Of a DNA stretch of 64,000 nucleotides, positions 47,853-60,665 are shown one piece after another (position 1 is the stretch's first letter; each line of letters begins with the position of its first letter). The stretch lies in assembly GCF_032191835.1 (NCBI RefSeq), contig NC_083235.1:15810001-15874000 (forward strand). The letters are read 5' to 3'. Source of the stretch: Heteronotia binoei (taxonomy: Eukaryota). The notes below the pieces were generated by a model. That model did no database searches and was not told where the DNA came from. It was given only the letters and a program-made list of their open reading frames with translations. A program made the position numbers and the translations under genes.

Positions 47853-49849
47853 CAGGACTTCCACACAACAGAATATCTTACGGAGGTGATACACAATGCC
47901 ATTCGGAGAGCAGAATTTGTGGGTAGAACTTCCCTGTTTAGAACTGACAGTGTTGCCAGCAGACAATTGAACAGATTGACACGTGCTTTTGATTTTACCC
48001 CATTACCAGATGATAGTCAAAGGATCATCAACAAACATTGGCACCTGCTTTTTAATATTCTGGGGTGTGGGATCAGTCCTTTGATTGGATTTAGAAGATT
48101 ATGTGGTACAGGCTAGATTGAGAATGGAGGAGAGCAGATCTACAAGTGGGGTAGGTCACTTTAAATGTTCAGGTTGTTCCATGCGTCCACAAACCTTAGA
48201 ATTTCAGAGCCCCAATGGTGTTACCATCACACTCAAACACTTCAATAATTATCACACACAACAGGTGGTATACTGCTTGGTCTGCCCATGTCCCAGGTGG
48301 TACGTGGGAAGCACGAACCAACAATTGAGGGCCAGGATCTTGGATCAAAGGTTGCAGGTTCGTCTCTCTGTGCTTAATGTTCTGCTGCACTTTGCAGAGA
48401 TGGGTCATGGGGCAGATAAGTTTAAACTTCTTGTTCTATACAAATATGAAGGGATAGTGGGACAGAAGCAAGATGTTAGACAAAAATTACTTAGGGAAGA
48501 AACCTTTGGTCATTTAAATTGGACATTCTGGTCCCCAGTGGGTTGAATGTCAATCTGGATTTTTCATGTTTCTTATAGAAATGTTATATCATTTCTGCAC
48601 TGTTACTTCTGGAACTGTAATGTAAAAGATTGTATCTTTAAATGGTGTATGTGGCATACCGCAGCTGTATTAAATTATGTCTTTTTAGAGTGTGAGACCT
48701 CCGGACATCCTTTCTGGATGTCCTGGGACTGAGGAGCCAGCATCTTTTGACTCATCATATTTGAGAATGGAGTGTAAATGCAAGCTTAGATGCACATGAG
48801 CGGATATAATTGCTTTTTGCAGTAATGTTAAGTATTTAAGAGGTTTGTCTTTTTAACAGATATTGAAGCTCACATAACCCCAATTTAAAATCTGACTAAG
48901 CGATACGTGAAATGGCCAGTTACTGCCTGTAATTAATCAGAATTTTGGGGTACAGCCTTTGTTTCAATCAACAACCTCTGAAGGACACTGGCTTCCGTTA
49001 TGAAATTTGAAATGGTTGTGGTGGAATGACTAGGACTATAAACTACTGCTTTGTTTGTCCCTGCTAACAGCAGGACTTTATTGGGTCAAAGATTTTAAAT
49101 ATGAAGTGTGTGTGTTTGTAACACATGCTTAGAATTACTGAGATATCACATTTATACATTTTGTATATTTGCACAAAAATTTTGAGTTCGCCACTAATTC
49201 ACAGTGGTGAGTTTTTGTCTTTTGTTGTATAATTTTCACACAGCTTCCTCGGGTTTGTTAGACTTCAACTTTTCCTAGTATGACTGTATTTTATGGTGAC
49301 TTCTCAGAATGTGCCTCTCTTTATTCAGGACTTTATGGTGACTGAAGCCTCCAAACTTCAATCCAAACTGAGCCTCCCAATGAAGTAAAAAATTGCTAAT
49401 TGAAAATGTGCTGCCTTATAGCTTTTCATACCCACACACCTACCCAGTCCTATTTTTTTTGTAACCCTACCCCTTCTTCTTTGCGTTTTCCCTTTCGAAG
49501 GTAATCAAACCATATTACAAATAGCCAGAGTTTCCATGTAACTCACCTGACTGGCACTTTTAAACTGGTGTCTCTCTTTTTAGATTTTAATAATTTCTTG
49601 GTTTTAAGAAAAGCCCTGTCAACAAACTTATGTAGCTCAACCCTATATACACATAGAGAGAGACAGGGTTGAGGAACATAAACTTGTGTCCTTATGTTCC
49701 TCAACCCTTTTCATGTATGTTCTTCAATCCTGTTTCTCTGTGTGTATATATACAGATATGTACAAGAATTGTGGAAGTACATCCTTTTGCTTCATGTAAA
49801 TATGTCCAGCTCTGACCTAGAAAACCCAGGGAAGCCCAAACTTGTCGGA

Positions 49850-50010
49850 TTTCAGAAGCTAAGCAGGGCCAGCCTTGGCCAGTATTTGGGTGGAAGAGCT
49901 TCAAGGAATACCAGGGTCACAATACAGAAGTGGGCAGTGGCAAACCACCTCTGAATGTCTCTTGCCTTGCAAACCCAAGGGGTCACGATAAGTCAGATGT
50001 GACTTGAGTG
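49850..50010 (+). mobile_element. 5S rRNA-derived SINE
   Basis: GGATTTCAGAAGCTAAGCAGGGCC...GGCAAACCACCTCTGAATGTCTCTTGCC. Confidence 0.65.
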
Positions 50011-50137
50011 TGTTTCTGTCAATCACAAGCACTGATTGTCCTTTCAAGCTCTAAGATATAATAGTGATTACTTGCGTGATGACTTGCGTGGTCCATCTGT
50101 GGTTTTCTTGAGTAAAGGTTATTTTCAGGAAAGACCC

Positions 50138-51076
50138 TCACTGCGTTTCCACCTTCCTGCAAAGAGCTCTACGCAACGCACCTTTGACATCATTGTTCCT
50201 CAAGCTGTATATAAAAGGATTGAGCATCGGTGTGACAATGGTGTACATGACTGTAGTGACTCTTCCCTTCTCTGCTGAGTACCGAGCTGTGGGCTGGAAG
50301 TAGACTCCGATGACTGTGCCGTAAAAGAGGGTGACCACAGAGAGATGAGCCCCACAGGTCGAGAAAGCCTTGCGCCATCCGGAACCTGAGGGCAGATTCA
50401 GCACGGTGACCAGGATGAGGGCATAGGAGACCACAATGAAGACAAACAGACTGAGCACTACTAAGGCCCCTTCAGTGAAAATCGACATCTGAATAAAACT
50501 GGTATCGGTGCATGACAGGGCTAGCACTGGCTGGTGGTCACAGAAGAAGTGGGGAATCTCCCGGGGTGCACAAAATGAGAGGCGAGACATCAGGATAATG
50601 TGCAGCAGGGAATGGAGGTGAGAGACTATCCAAGAACTGGCCACAAACCCCACACAGAGGCTCCGGCTCATCACGCCGGTGTAGTGCAAGGGATTGCGGA
50701 TGGCTATATAGCGGTCATAAGCCATGGCAGCCAGAAGGAAGCTGTCGGTGACCCCAAAGGCAAAAAAGAAATACATCTGAGTCAGGCAGCCAGCGTAAGA
50801 GATGGTCTTCGCCTCTGAGACCAGGTTGGCCAACATTTTTGACACGGTGACTGAGGTGAAGCAAGCGTCCGCCAGGGAAAGATGGCTCACAAAGAAGTAC
50901 ATGGGATTGTGGAGATGGGTGTCCCAGACGATCAACAGGATGATCAAGAGGTTCCCCAGGATAGCCACGATATACATGACTAGAAAGATAGCAAAGAGGA
51001 GCTTCTGCTGTCTTGGCTCAGAGGACAGGCCCAAGAGAATGAACTCAGGCCGAATTGTGAGGTTTTCACTACCCAT
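50138..51076 (-). CDS. OR1K1-like: Olfactory receptor OR1K1-like (312 aa, intact)
   Basis: [60 protein letters not shown] and GRVTTVMYT match recalled human OR1K1 ([61 protein letters not shown]); acceptor TTCCCTCACAG 13 nt upstream. Confidence 0.93.
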   Translation of the reverse strand: MGSENLTIRPEFILLGLSSEPRQQKLLFAIFLVMYIVAILGNLLIILLIVWDTHLHNPMYFFVSHLSLADACFTSVTVSKMLANLVSEAKTISYAGCLTQMYFFFAFGVTDSFLLAAMAYDRYIAIRNPLHYTGVMSRSLCVGFVASSWIVSHLHSLLHIILMSRLSFCAPREIPHFFCDHQPVLALSCTDTSFIQMSIFTEGALVVLSLFVFIVVSYALILVTVLNLPSGSGWRKAFSTCGAHLSVVTLFYGTVIGVYFQPTARYSAEKGRVTTVMYTIVTPMLNPFIYSLRNNDVKGALRRALCRKVETQ

Positions 51077-52039
51077 GTGAATGAAGAGACTGTGAGGGAA
51101 ACGAGAGCAAAATTCATGATCAACGAATGAGAGTAGTCATATTGGTCTGTGGTAGAAGGGCTAAATTCAAGTCCAGTAGCTCCTTAAGAGACTAACAAGG
51201 TCTTCAGGGTTTGAGATGTCAACAGTCAAATTTTATTATTTTATTATTATTTATTAGATTTATATCCTGCCTTCCCCACCGAAGCAGGCTCAGTTCTGAT
51301 GAAGAGAGCTTTGACTCTTGATAATGTATACTCTGAACGTCTTGGTCTCTAACGTGCTCCTGGACTTGAATCCAGCTCTCCCTGAAAGAAGTAATGCCAT
51401 TTAGAAAGCTTTTAAAGAAGTTTAATCAACAATTTCGAGCCAACATACACAAATCAGGATAAAACTAATGAATCGGGGGGGGGGCTGTTAGTCCCTCCCC
51501 ACACATAAGCCTTTATTGGCATATATCAGATTATAAATAAAGCAATGAACTGATATAGAAATAACAGAATGAGCAGGCCCGGATTAAACCCTGTGGAGGT
51601 CCCTAGGCAGTCAAAAACTTGGGGGCCCCCATGCAAATTATCTTAGAGTTGGAGTGCCCCCACCATCACCCGTGGTCCCCGCTGCAGCCTTAGCCTGCAG
51701 GCACCTTCTCAAAAGCCCCTTTGACAAAGTTGCTGGGGAGAGGCAAACTTGTCGACAATGCCAGCAGCAGCTGCCCCAGGCAAGTCGGGCAAAGTTGCCG
51801 CCTGCGCATGCAGCCTGGGAGGGCTGCAAGCAGGAAGGAAAGAGGGGAGCTGGCCCGGGGCCTCTAAAGGTGTGGGGGCTCATAGGCCAATGCCTACTTG
51901 GCCTAATTGTTAATCCGGCCCTGAGAATGAGCCAGTCATATTTGGCTATACGTTAGGGGTTGTTAGCCTAAATACACATAAATGGCATATGAAGAACAAC
52001 ACTGATGAATAGGGATCAGAAGGAACCAGTCTCCAACCT

Positions 52040-52900
52040 TAAGTTTGTGGTAAATTTTGGCTGGCTTTTGAATTCAACTACAGACAGAAGACTTTTGTTC
52101 CTAATTTGGGCTGCACATGAACAAACCTTTTAAAGAGTCAGATGCAGTAGATACGGACATCTTACCGAGCCTATCACAACCTCTAGAGGCATCAGGCAAG
52201 GATGTCTTTTAGCACCTGTGCTGTTTATTTTTTATATAAATAACTTAGCAAGTCGGCATAACATTTCTGAACTTCATGCTCCCAAGCTTGCAATTCGGCA
52301 TATGACAGTGTTATTATATGCTGATGACACAGTGGAACTCTCTCTGGAACTCATGGACATTCAATGAAATTGCTGAACAGTCGGGTAAGAAGTGATAATA
52401 GGAAGTACTAGCTCTTCACCCAAAGGGTGATTGACACATGGAATTCACTGCAACAGGAGGTGGCGGCAGCTGCCAGCATAGACAGTTTCGAGAGAGGACT
52501 GGATAAACATATGGGGTAGAAGTCCATTATTAGCCGCAGTGTATTGATGGAACTCTCTGTCTGGGGCAGTGATGCTCTGTATTCTTGGTGCTTGGAGGGC
52601 AACAGTGGGAGAGTTTCTAGTGTCCTGACCCCACTGGTGGATCTCCTGATGGCGCCTGGTTTTTTGACCACTGTGTGACACAGAGTTTTGGACTTGATGG
52701 GCCACTGGTCTGATCCAACATGGCTTCTCTTATGTTCTTAACTGCTGTTGGTCTAAGGAGAGCTCTTAGGAAACTCACCATGTTTTGTGATAATGAACTT
52801 CTTACAAATAATTATCAGAAAATTAGAATTGTAGCTTTTGGGAGCAGTCCGAAACCTGGGACTTCTGCAATTAATGGCCATCGGATTGTCTGGTTCGTGG
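52040..52900 (+). mobile_element. RTE-X-like RT fragment split by a CR1 3' end (about 52345-52740)
   Basis: DRRLLFL..GIRQGCLLAPVLF..LLYADD, then after the CR1: GLRRALRKLTMFCDNELLTNNYQKIRIV. Confidence 0.75.
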
Positions 52901-53664
52901 TTCACAAACTGAACTTTGTATCAGGCCTACCATCATGAATTTTCACAATTTTTTAAGCTGTTCATGGGCAGTTTGTTAATGGGGGCATTGGGAGCCATAA
53001 CCCATACCCCCTAAGTCCAATGTGGACGTAACATGGAAGGCATGTAGAGGAGCATCAGGGGGATGTCCTTTGTGAGTATGATGTCTCTAATTTCCACAAG
53101 GCCCATTCTGTACACCTCTGTACCTGTGCTTGTCATTTTCACAGAAAACACTTTCCCAGGGACACCATCTTTCTTTGATCATAACTCAGACCCCACAAAC
53201 CCAATCCTCACCAAACTTGGAGGACAGGAAGAGGAGAGTCAGCTAGATATCCCCTATGACTTTGGGGTCTCTAGCACATGTTTTTCTGGCCATCCCCACT
53301 GACAAGACCATTTTTTCCCAGCCAGCAAATCTTCAACAAAAAGCTGTTCTATAATTGGACAGAAAACATATCTAATTAGAGGGACAAGGGGACTTCCTTT
53401 TGCAGGGCATCCAGAGCATGAAGACTTCCCAGATGCTTCTCACAAGCCTGGTACTTGAGAATTTCTCATGAGCTTGGACTGCACCACTGTTCGACTTGTG
53501 TTAGGGACAGAATGCTGCACTAGGTATCCCTTTTGATCTGATTCAATGAGAAGTATTTTTATTCTCTAGAAATATAACTCTGCCAGTATAATTATTATTC
53601 GAAACTATTTGGCTGGGGTATGTTCAACGAGCAATATCATCAGACAGTTGGTACTATACACGTA

Positions 53665-54556
53665 GAATCGTATAGAATCGTAGAGTTGGAAGGGACTTCT
53701 AGGGTCATCTAGTCCAACCCCCTGCACAATGCAAGAAACTCACAAAATTCACAGGATCTTCATTGCTGTCAGATGGCCATCTAGTCTCTGTTTAAAAACC
53801 TCCAAGGAAGGAGAACCCACCACCTCCCGAGGAAGACTGTTCCACTGAGGAATCGCTCTAACAGTCAGGAAGTTCTTCCTAATGCTGAGCCGGAAACTCT
53901 TTTGATTTAATTTCAACCCGTTGGTTCTGGTCCTACCTTCTGGGGCCACAGAAAACAATTCCACACCACCCTCTAGATGACAGCCCTTCAAGTACTTGAT
54001 GGTGATCATATCACCTCTCAGCTGCTTCCTCTCCAGGCTAAACATGCCCAGCTCCATCAACCTTTCCTCATAGGACTTGGTCTCCATACCCCTCACCATC
54101 TTCGTTGCCCTCTTCTGGACCCGTTCCAGTTTGTTTATATCCTTCTTAAAATGTGGTGCCCAAAACTGAACACAATACTCCAGGTGAGGTCTTAACAGAG
54201 CAGAGTAAAGCGATACCATCACTTCACGTGACCTGGTCACTATACTTCTGTTGATACAGCCCAAAATTGCATTTGCCTTTTTAGCCACCACATCGCACTG
54301 TTGACTCATGTTCAGCGTATGATCCACTAAGACCTCTAGATCCTTTTCGCACATACTACTGCTAAGACCAGTCTCCCCCATCCTATAACCATGCATTGGA
54401 TTTTTCCTATCTAAATGCAGAACTTTACATTTATACCTGTTAAAATTCATTTTATTGATTTTAGCCCAGTTTTCTGGCCTGTCAAGGTCATCCTGTATCC
54501 TGTTTCTGTCTTCTGTGTTTGCAACCCCTCCCAATTTAGTATCATCTGCAAATTTA
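53665..54556 (-). mobile_element. CR1 LINE, about 0.9 kb 3' fragment
   Basis: KFADDTKLGG at the 5' end; ORF 53749-54534 is CR1 ORF2 C-terminus; TTCTACGATTCT tail. Confidence 0.93.
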
Positions 54557-55094
54557 ATAATAGCGCCAGCAAAGTCACAAAATGTAAAAAAATGGGTTAA
54601 TTAAGTATATGAGAGAGAGAGAGATGTGGAATGATATTGACATTTGATGTGGTCCCTCCAATTTTTGTCCCTCTTTGTTTTGTGGTACTGGAGAATTACA
54701 TTGCTTATAAATGTTTCATCTTAGTACTATTTTCTTAACAGTTGTTTTCACCAAATGTATATATTTGGTTCTTTGTGCAAAAGCCTGTGGATAGGGAACA
54801 ATTTTTTCTGATAGTTGTTTGCATCCTTGGATGTTGTGTGACCAATTGCATTTAGTTGTACCCTATTGTCAGGAATTCTGTTCCACTTACCCTTCACTCA
54901 CCTTTTAAGACAAATGTACATCTTTCTTACATACCTTTTTCCTTTATGTGCTAGTCTGTAAAATGCGGTGTGCATCAATAAAAATAATAATCTGTCAATT
55001 AAATTAAACAATAAAAATAATCTGTCATGTCATCAATAAAAATAATAATCTGTCATCCTTTCATATACATGTTTACACATGGGAAACATGGGAC

Positions 55095-55305
55095 ACAGGA
55101 ACAATGGCTCAGTGGTAGAGCATCTGCTTGATAAACAGAAGGTCCTAGGTTCAATCCCTGGCATCTCCAACAAAAAAGGGTCCAGGCAAATAGGTGTGAA
55201 AAACCTCAGCTTGAGATCTGGAGAGCCGCTGCCAGTCTGAGTAGACAAGACTGACTTTGATGGACCAAGGGTCTGATTCAGTATAAGGCAGCTTCATATG
55301 TTCAT
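55095..55305 (+). mobile_element. tRNA-derived SINE (Squam2-like)
   Basis: GGCTCAGTGGTAGAGCATCTGCTTG...GGTTCAATCCCTGGCATCTCC...TTCATATG tail. Confidence 0.75.
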
Positions 55306-55713
55306 ATGTACACACATCCCTACGTCTGTGTCTTTCTTCTTCCTCTCCCCTCAACCTGAATTGCTTTTGCCTGTGAGTGAACAAGAAGTAGCTCCATAGA
55401 GGTAGGAGGCAGTTTATTTCATTCTAGAACACCTCCATTTTATTTCATGCAGGCAAAAGGCGGGGGGGGGGGAATGCAGCCCTGTAGCTGCTATTATTAA
55501 CTCCTTCTAGTAATAACGGGGAGGGGCTGACTCAGTGGAAGAGCCTCTGCTTTACATGCAGAAAATCCCAGGTTCACTCTCCAGCATCTCCAGTTAAAAG
55601 GATCAGGTAGGAGGTGATGTGAAAGACCTCAGCCTAAGGCCTTAGAGCAGGGGTGGCCAAACTTGCTTAACATAAGAGCCATGTAGAATAAATGTCAAAT
55701 GTTTGAGAGCTGC

Positions 55714-55895
55714 NNNNNNNNNNNNNNNNNNNNNNNNNNNNNNNNNNNNNNNNNNNNNNNNNNNNNNNNNNNNNNNNNNNNNNNNNNNNNNNNNNNNNNN
55801 NNNNNNNNNNNNNNNNNNNNNNNNNNNNNNNNNNNNNNNNNNNNNNNNNNNNNNNNNNNNNNNNNNNNNNNNNNNNNNNNNNNNNNNNNNNNNNN
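55714..55895. other. Assembly gap (N run) inside a hAT-type MITE
   Basis: Run of N at the GAAG-rich segment. Confidence 1.
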
Positions 55896-55974
55896 NGAAG
55901 GGAGGGAGAGGTAGAAAGAAGGCAACTTTAACTTTATATGCATTCTCCAAGCTGCCTGCTGGCTTGATTTGGAG

Positions 55975-56250
55975 ACGAAGAAGAAGAAGACTGCAGATTT
56001 ATACCCCACCCTTCTCTCTGAATCACTCAGAGACAATCTGCTATATCTTCTCCCCCCACAACAGACACCCTGTGAGGTGGGTGGGGCTGAGAGGGCTCTC
56101 ACAGCAGCTGCCCTTTCAAGGACAACCTCTGCCAGAGCTATGGCTGACCCAAGGCCATGCTAGCAGGTGCAAGTGGAGGAGTGGGGAATCAAATCCGGTT
56201 CTCCCAGATAAGAGTCCGCACACTTAACCACTACATCAAACTGGCTCTCA
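55975..56250 (-). mobile_element. Squam3-like SINE
   Basis: Family match. Confidence 0.75.
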
Positions 56251-57041
56251 AGAAGTGATTTAAAGAGAGCAATGCCTTCTCCAAGCTGCCAATGAGGTCA
56301 GGTGGGGGTTTCAAGAGCCGCACAATATGTGTGAAAAGGCCACATGTGACTCCGGAGCCACAGTTTGGCCACCCCTGCCTTAGAGGGTCGCTGCCAGTCT
56401 AGGTAAACAATACTGACCTTGATGGACCAAGGATTCAGTATAAGGCAGCTTCATGGGTAATATTCTTCCTGGCCCACGAGACCTTCTCTACAAGAATTTT
56501 TGATCAGTTTAGCAATTCAGCCCCCAGACAATGAAATAAACACCATGCCCTGACTTGACTCACCCGACTGATCTCAGCTGCTCAAAGATGGTTTCATCAA
56601 TGACAGAAAGTTTGTAGCAGTAGAAAATTTGTAACCGAAAACCTGGCCGAATGCACAGTCGCTTAGATCAAGGAGGGGGTTATATTTACAGCTGTCTAGC
56701 CTCAACTAGGGCGTTACCCCCCAGAGATGCTCTTCAATGGAAAACAGACATTAATTGTCTTGAGATGGCTTTAGAAGCCAAACACCTGAGAAGAAGAAAG
56801 GCAAAATCTGTTTATTTTTGGCATCTCTTTATTATTTGGAAGCTCCTCAACGGAAACCAAATCAATCAAACCAGCACTGTGTACTAGACATATGCCAGGT
56901 GAAGTCTGGGGACATGTAGATAATCTCCAGTCACTATACCTCAGTCTCAGGTAAGGCAGGTGGCAAAAGTCCTACCGGTCAGGTCTTCTCACCTGTCCTT
57001 TGGTCCAGACAGGCAGGAGAAAAGGCTGCCAGTGATAGTGG

Positions 57042-57257
57042 NNNNNNNNNNNNNNNNNNNNNNNNNNNNNNNNNNNNNNNNNNNNNNNNNNNNNNNNNNN
57101 NNNNNNNNNNNNNNNNNNNNNNNNNNNNNNNNNNNNNNNNNNNNNNNNNNNNNNNNNNNNNNNNNNNNNNNNNNNNNNNNNNNNNNNNNNNNNNNNNNNN
57201 NNNNNNNNNNNNNNNNNNNNNNNNNNNNNNNNNNNNNNNNNNNNNNNNNNNNNNNNN
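57042..57257. other. Assembly gap (N run)
   Basis: Run of N. Confidence 1.
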
Positions 57258-58594
57258 TTGTCTGTCTGTCTATCTATTAAAATTAGGATACAAAAGGAAA
57301 TAGGGATCGGAGAAGATGAAATTTGTAAAAAAATATAGATATTATACAACAGTCAGCTATATTAATAACATACATTTCTCATCTATGAAGACAGACAATA
57401 GAACAAAGCTACAATATTCAAAACATATAAAGAACAAAACATGAACTGATTTCTGTCACCTGGAGATCAGTCTTAATCCCAGATGGAAATCTGCATCATG
57501 CTCCTGTGGTCACATAGGAGAAAGTAATTTAAAAAGTATGACGGGAGGAAGATTTTATTATGACAATTATAATTCAAGAAGCATTTAATGGTAGATGCTG
57601 AGCTGATATAATTTAGTCCACCTTCCGGTGATGTCAGCGGTGTGGGGCATATGCAAATGAGTTGAGTTCTGCAAATGAGTTGTGCTAATAACCCTGGTTA
57701 TAAGAAGTAACAGAATTCCATCACACAATACATCAGTGTCATGTCCAGATGTCAAGTCCAACGTCACGTCTGCCCCTTGCCCTTCCCCCAAAGCTCCTGA
57801 AGCTTGTGGTCAGCTTGTGGCCAAGCAACACTATTCACAAACAATGTTCCCTCTAAGCTGCAGAGTCTTGTGAGCAAAAATTCTACTTCGTGAGCTGCTG
57901 GCATTAAAGTTGTAAGCTACTGGCTTTAAAGTTGTGAGCTCCTGCATAAATTATTGTGCTTTGGAGTCATCCTTCCTAAGCTAAGACAAAAATGTGTGAG
58001 CTGGAGGCTAAAAATCTGTGAGCTACTCATGCTAACTCTGCTTAGAGAGGACACTGCTCACAAGTATGATTGCCAGTTCCCAAGTGGGCCCTAAAGATAT
58101 CCCAGAATTACACTGGTCTCCAGACAGCAGAGAATAGTTGACCTGGAGAAAATGGCTGCTTTAGAGGGTGGACTCCTTGGCAGTATACCATGCTGTGGTC
58201 CCTCCCCTCTCCACCCCTGCCCTCTCCAGTAGGGTTGTCAGCTCTGGGAAATACCTGGATATTTTGAAGGTGGAGCCTAAAGATGGTGGTGTTTGAGGAG
58301 GGGAGAGACTTCAATAGGGTCTAATGTCATAGCGTCCACTTTCCAAAGTGGCCATTCTCTCCAGTTGAACTGATTTCTGTCACCTGGAGATAAGTCTTAA
58401 TGCCAGGAGATCTCCAGCCACTGCCACCACCAATAGTAATGATCCCCAGGCTCCTCTTTACCCCCACCCCCCAAATCTCCAGGAATCTTCCAGGCCAGAG
58501 ATAGACACCTACTTGCAGAGATTATTGTTGCAATGGAAAGAGGGAAGAAAGAAAAAGAAGGAAGAAGAAGAAGAAGAAATTGGATTTATATCCT

Positions 58595-58860
58595 GCCAGT
58601 TTGGTGGTTAAGTGTGTGGATTCTTATCTGGGAGAACCGGGTTTGACTCCCCACCCCTCCACTAGCAGCTGCTGGAATGGCCTTGGGACAGCCATGGCTC
58701 TGGCAGAGTAGTCCTTAAAGGGCAGCTGCTGTGAGAGCCCTCTCAGCCCCACCCACCTCACAGGGTGTCTATTGGGGGAGGGGGAAGGATAAAGGAGATT
58801 GTGAGCTGTTCTGAGGCTCTGATACAGAGAGAAGGGCGGGATATAATTTTATGGTCTTCT
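58595..58860 (+). mobile_element. Squam3-like SINE
   Basis: GCCAGTTTGGTGGTTAAGTGTGTGGA head, family body. Confidence 0.7.
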
Positions 58861-59089
58861 TTTTCTTTTTGTTAACTTGCAATCTTTATTAATTTTCAAG
58901 AAGTTTGCAGAGAGCTAATAGAACAATAATACAACTTAAACACTATACCAGAAACCAAGGAAGAAGCAAATTACATACCGTTTGAAGTAAGTCAGACAGT
59001 ACAAATATACATACATATTTATACAAAATGATTATACAAAAAAAATCTAAGGTCTTCTTCTTCTTCTCTCTGAATCTCAGAGTGGCTGT

Positions 59090-59970
59090 TGGGTACCGTC
59101 GAAGGGTGGGAGCTTGATCCCAACTCCCTCTGCCCCACAGCTCAGGCCCAGACTTTCTGTCTTTGGTGGATTCAATTTCAGCCAATTCTGATGCAACCAA
59201 CCAGCCACAGCCTGCAGTGCCTCATCCATCTTTTCGGGGGCAGAGCTTGGGTGGCGGTCCATAAGAAGATAGAGCTGGATGTCATAAGAACATAAGAGAA
59301 GCCATGTTGGTTCAGGCCTGTGACCCATCCAGTCCAACATTTTGTGTCACACTGTGGCCAAAAAAAAAACAGGTGGCATCAGGAGGTCCATCAGTGGGGC
59401 CAGGACACTAGAAACCCTCCCCAAGCACCAAGCACCAAGAATACAGAGCATCACTGCCCCAGACAGAGAGTTCCAACAATACACTGTGGCTAATGGCCAC
59501 TGATGGACCTCTGTTCCATCTGTTTATCCAATCCCCTCTTGAAGCTGTCTATGCTTGCAGCTGCCATCAACTCCTGTGGCAGTGAATTCCATGTGCTAAT
59601 CACCCTTTGGGTGAAGAAGTACTTCCTTTTATCTGTTTTATCCGTCGTCAGCATATTGGTGACAACCCAGCCCATATCTCTGGACCATCTGGGTGAGAGG
59701 GGTTATATAGATGTTAAATAGTATTGGAGAGAGGATTGCCCCTTGCAGCACTCACATTCTCATGGGTGTTGCTAGAACAGCTCCCCCCTGAGAGCCACCC
59801 TCTGTCCCCGACCATGGAGAAAGGAGGTCAGCCACTGCAAGGCTAATCCCCGAATCCCCACGTTGGCGAGGCAGTGGGCCAACACATCACGGTCGACTGT
59901 ATTGAATGCTGCTGACAGATCCAAAAGTATCAGCAGCGCTGAAGCGCCTCGATCCAGATGTCTCAGGGGT
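59090..59970 (-). mobile_element. L2 LINE RT fragment split by a CR1 3' end (about 59285-59645)
   Basis: LLILLDLSAAFNTVD..LQWLTSFL..QRV, GVLQGAILSPILFNIY..HQYADD, then IQLY..WLHQNWLKLNPPKTE. Confidence 0.85.
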
Positions 59971-60139
59971 TGAGCCTGAGGAGGGTAGAGTTTGTGGAGG
60001 GAAGAGACTTCAGTAGTGTACAGTGTCATAGAGTCCACCTTCCAAAGTGGCCATTGTCTTCAGGTGACTTGATCTCTGTTTTCTGGAGACCAGTTGTAAT
60101 GACGGGAAATCTCCAGCCAATCACCTAGAGGCTGGCAAC

Positions 60140-60665
60140 CCACACACACTCATCTGAAGTACTTGAAGGGCTGTCATATAGAGCAGGGGTGGCCAACGGT
60201 AGCTCTCCTGATGTTTTTTGCCTACAACTCCCATCAGCCCCAGCCATTGGCCGTGCTGGCTGGGGCTGATGGGAGTTGTAGGCAAAAAACATCTGGAGAG
60301 CTACCGTTGGCCTCCCCTGATATAGAGGATGGTGTGGAATTGTTTTCTGTGGCCCCAGAAGGTAAGACCAGAACCAATGGGTTGAAATTAAATCAAAAGA
60401 ATTTCCGGCTCAACATTAGGAAGAACTTCCTGACAGTTAGAGCGGTTTCTCAGTGGAACAGGCTTCCTCGGGAGGTGGTGGGCTCTCCTTCCTTGGAGGT
60501 TTTTAAACTGAGGCTAGATGGCCATCTGACAGGAATGAAGATCCTGTGAATTTAGAGGGAGGTATTTGTGAGTTTCCTGCATTGTGCAAGGGATTGGACT
60601 AGTTGACCCTGGAGATCCCTTCCAGCACTATGATTCTATGGTTCTATAATTCTATGATTCTATGA
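60140..60665 (+). mobile_element. CR1 3' fragment
   Basis: KYLKGCHIE|DGVELFSVAPEG...; TTCTATGATTCTATG tail. Confidence 0.88.
60184..60319. mobile_element. hAT-type MITE with a perfect 8-bp TSD
   Basis: ATATAGAG at 60176-60183 and 60320-60327; CAGGGG TIRs. Confidence 0.88.

Larger units (their letters stand above)
46990..48546 (+). mobile_element. Degenerate Penelope-like element (RT plus GIY-YIG), Neptune-like
   Basis: YFQFDGEFYWKIKGVAMGSTFAPSVANLFM, YVHYIDD, LPYGQILRI, GHFKCSGCSM, VVYCLVCPCPRWYVGSTNQQLRARI. Confidence 0.85.
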
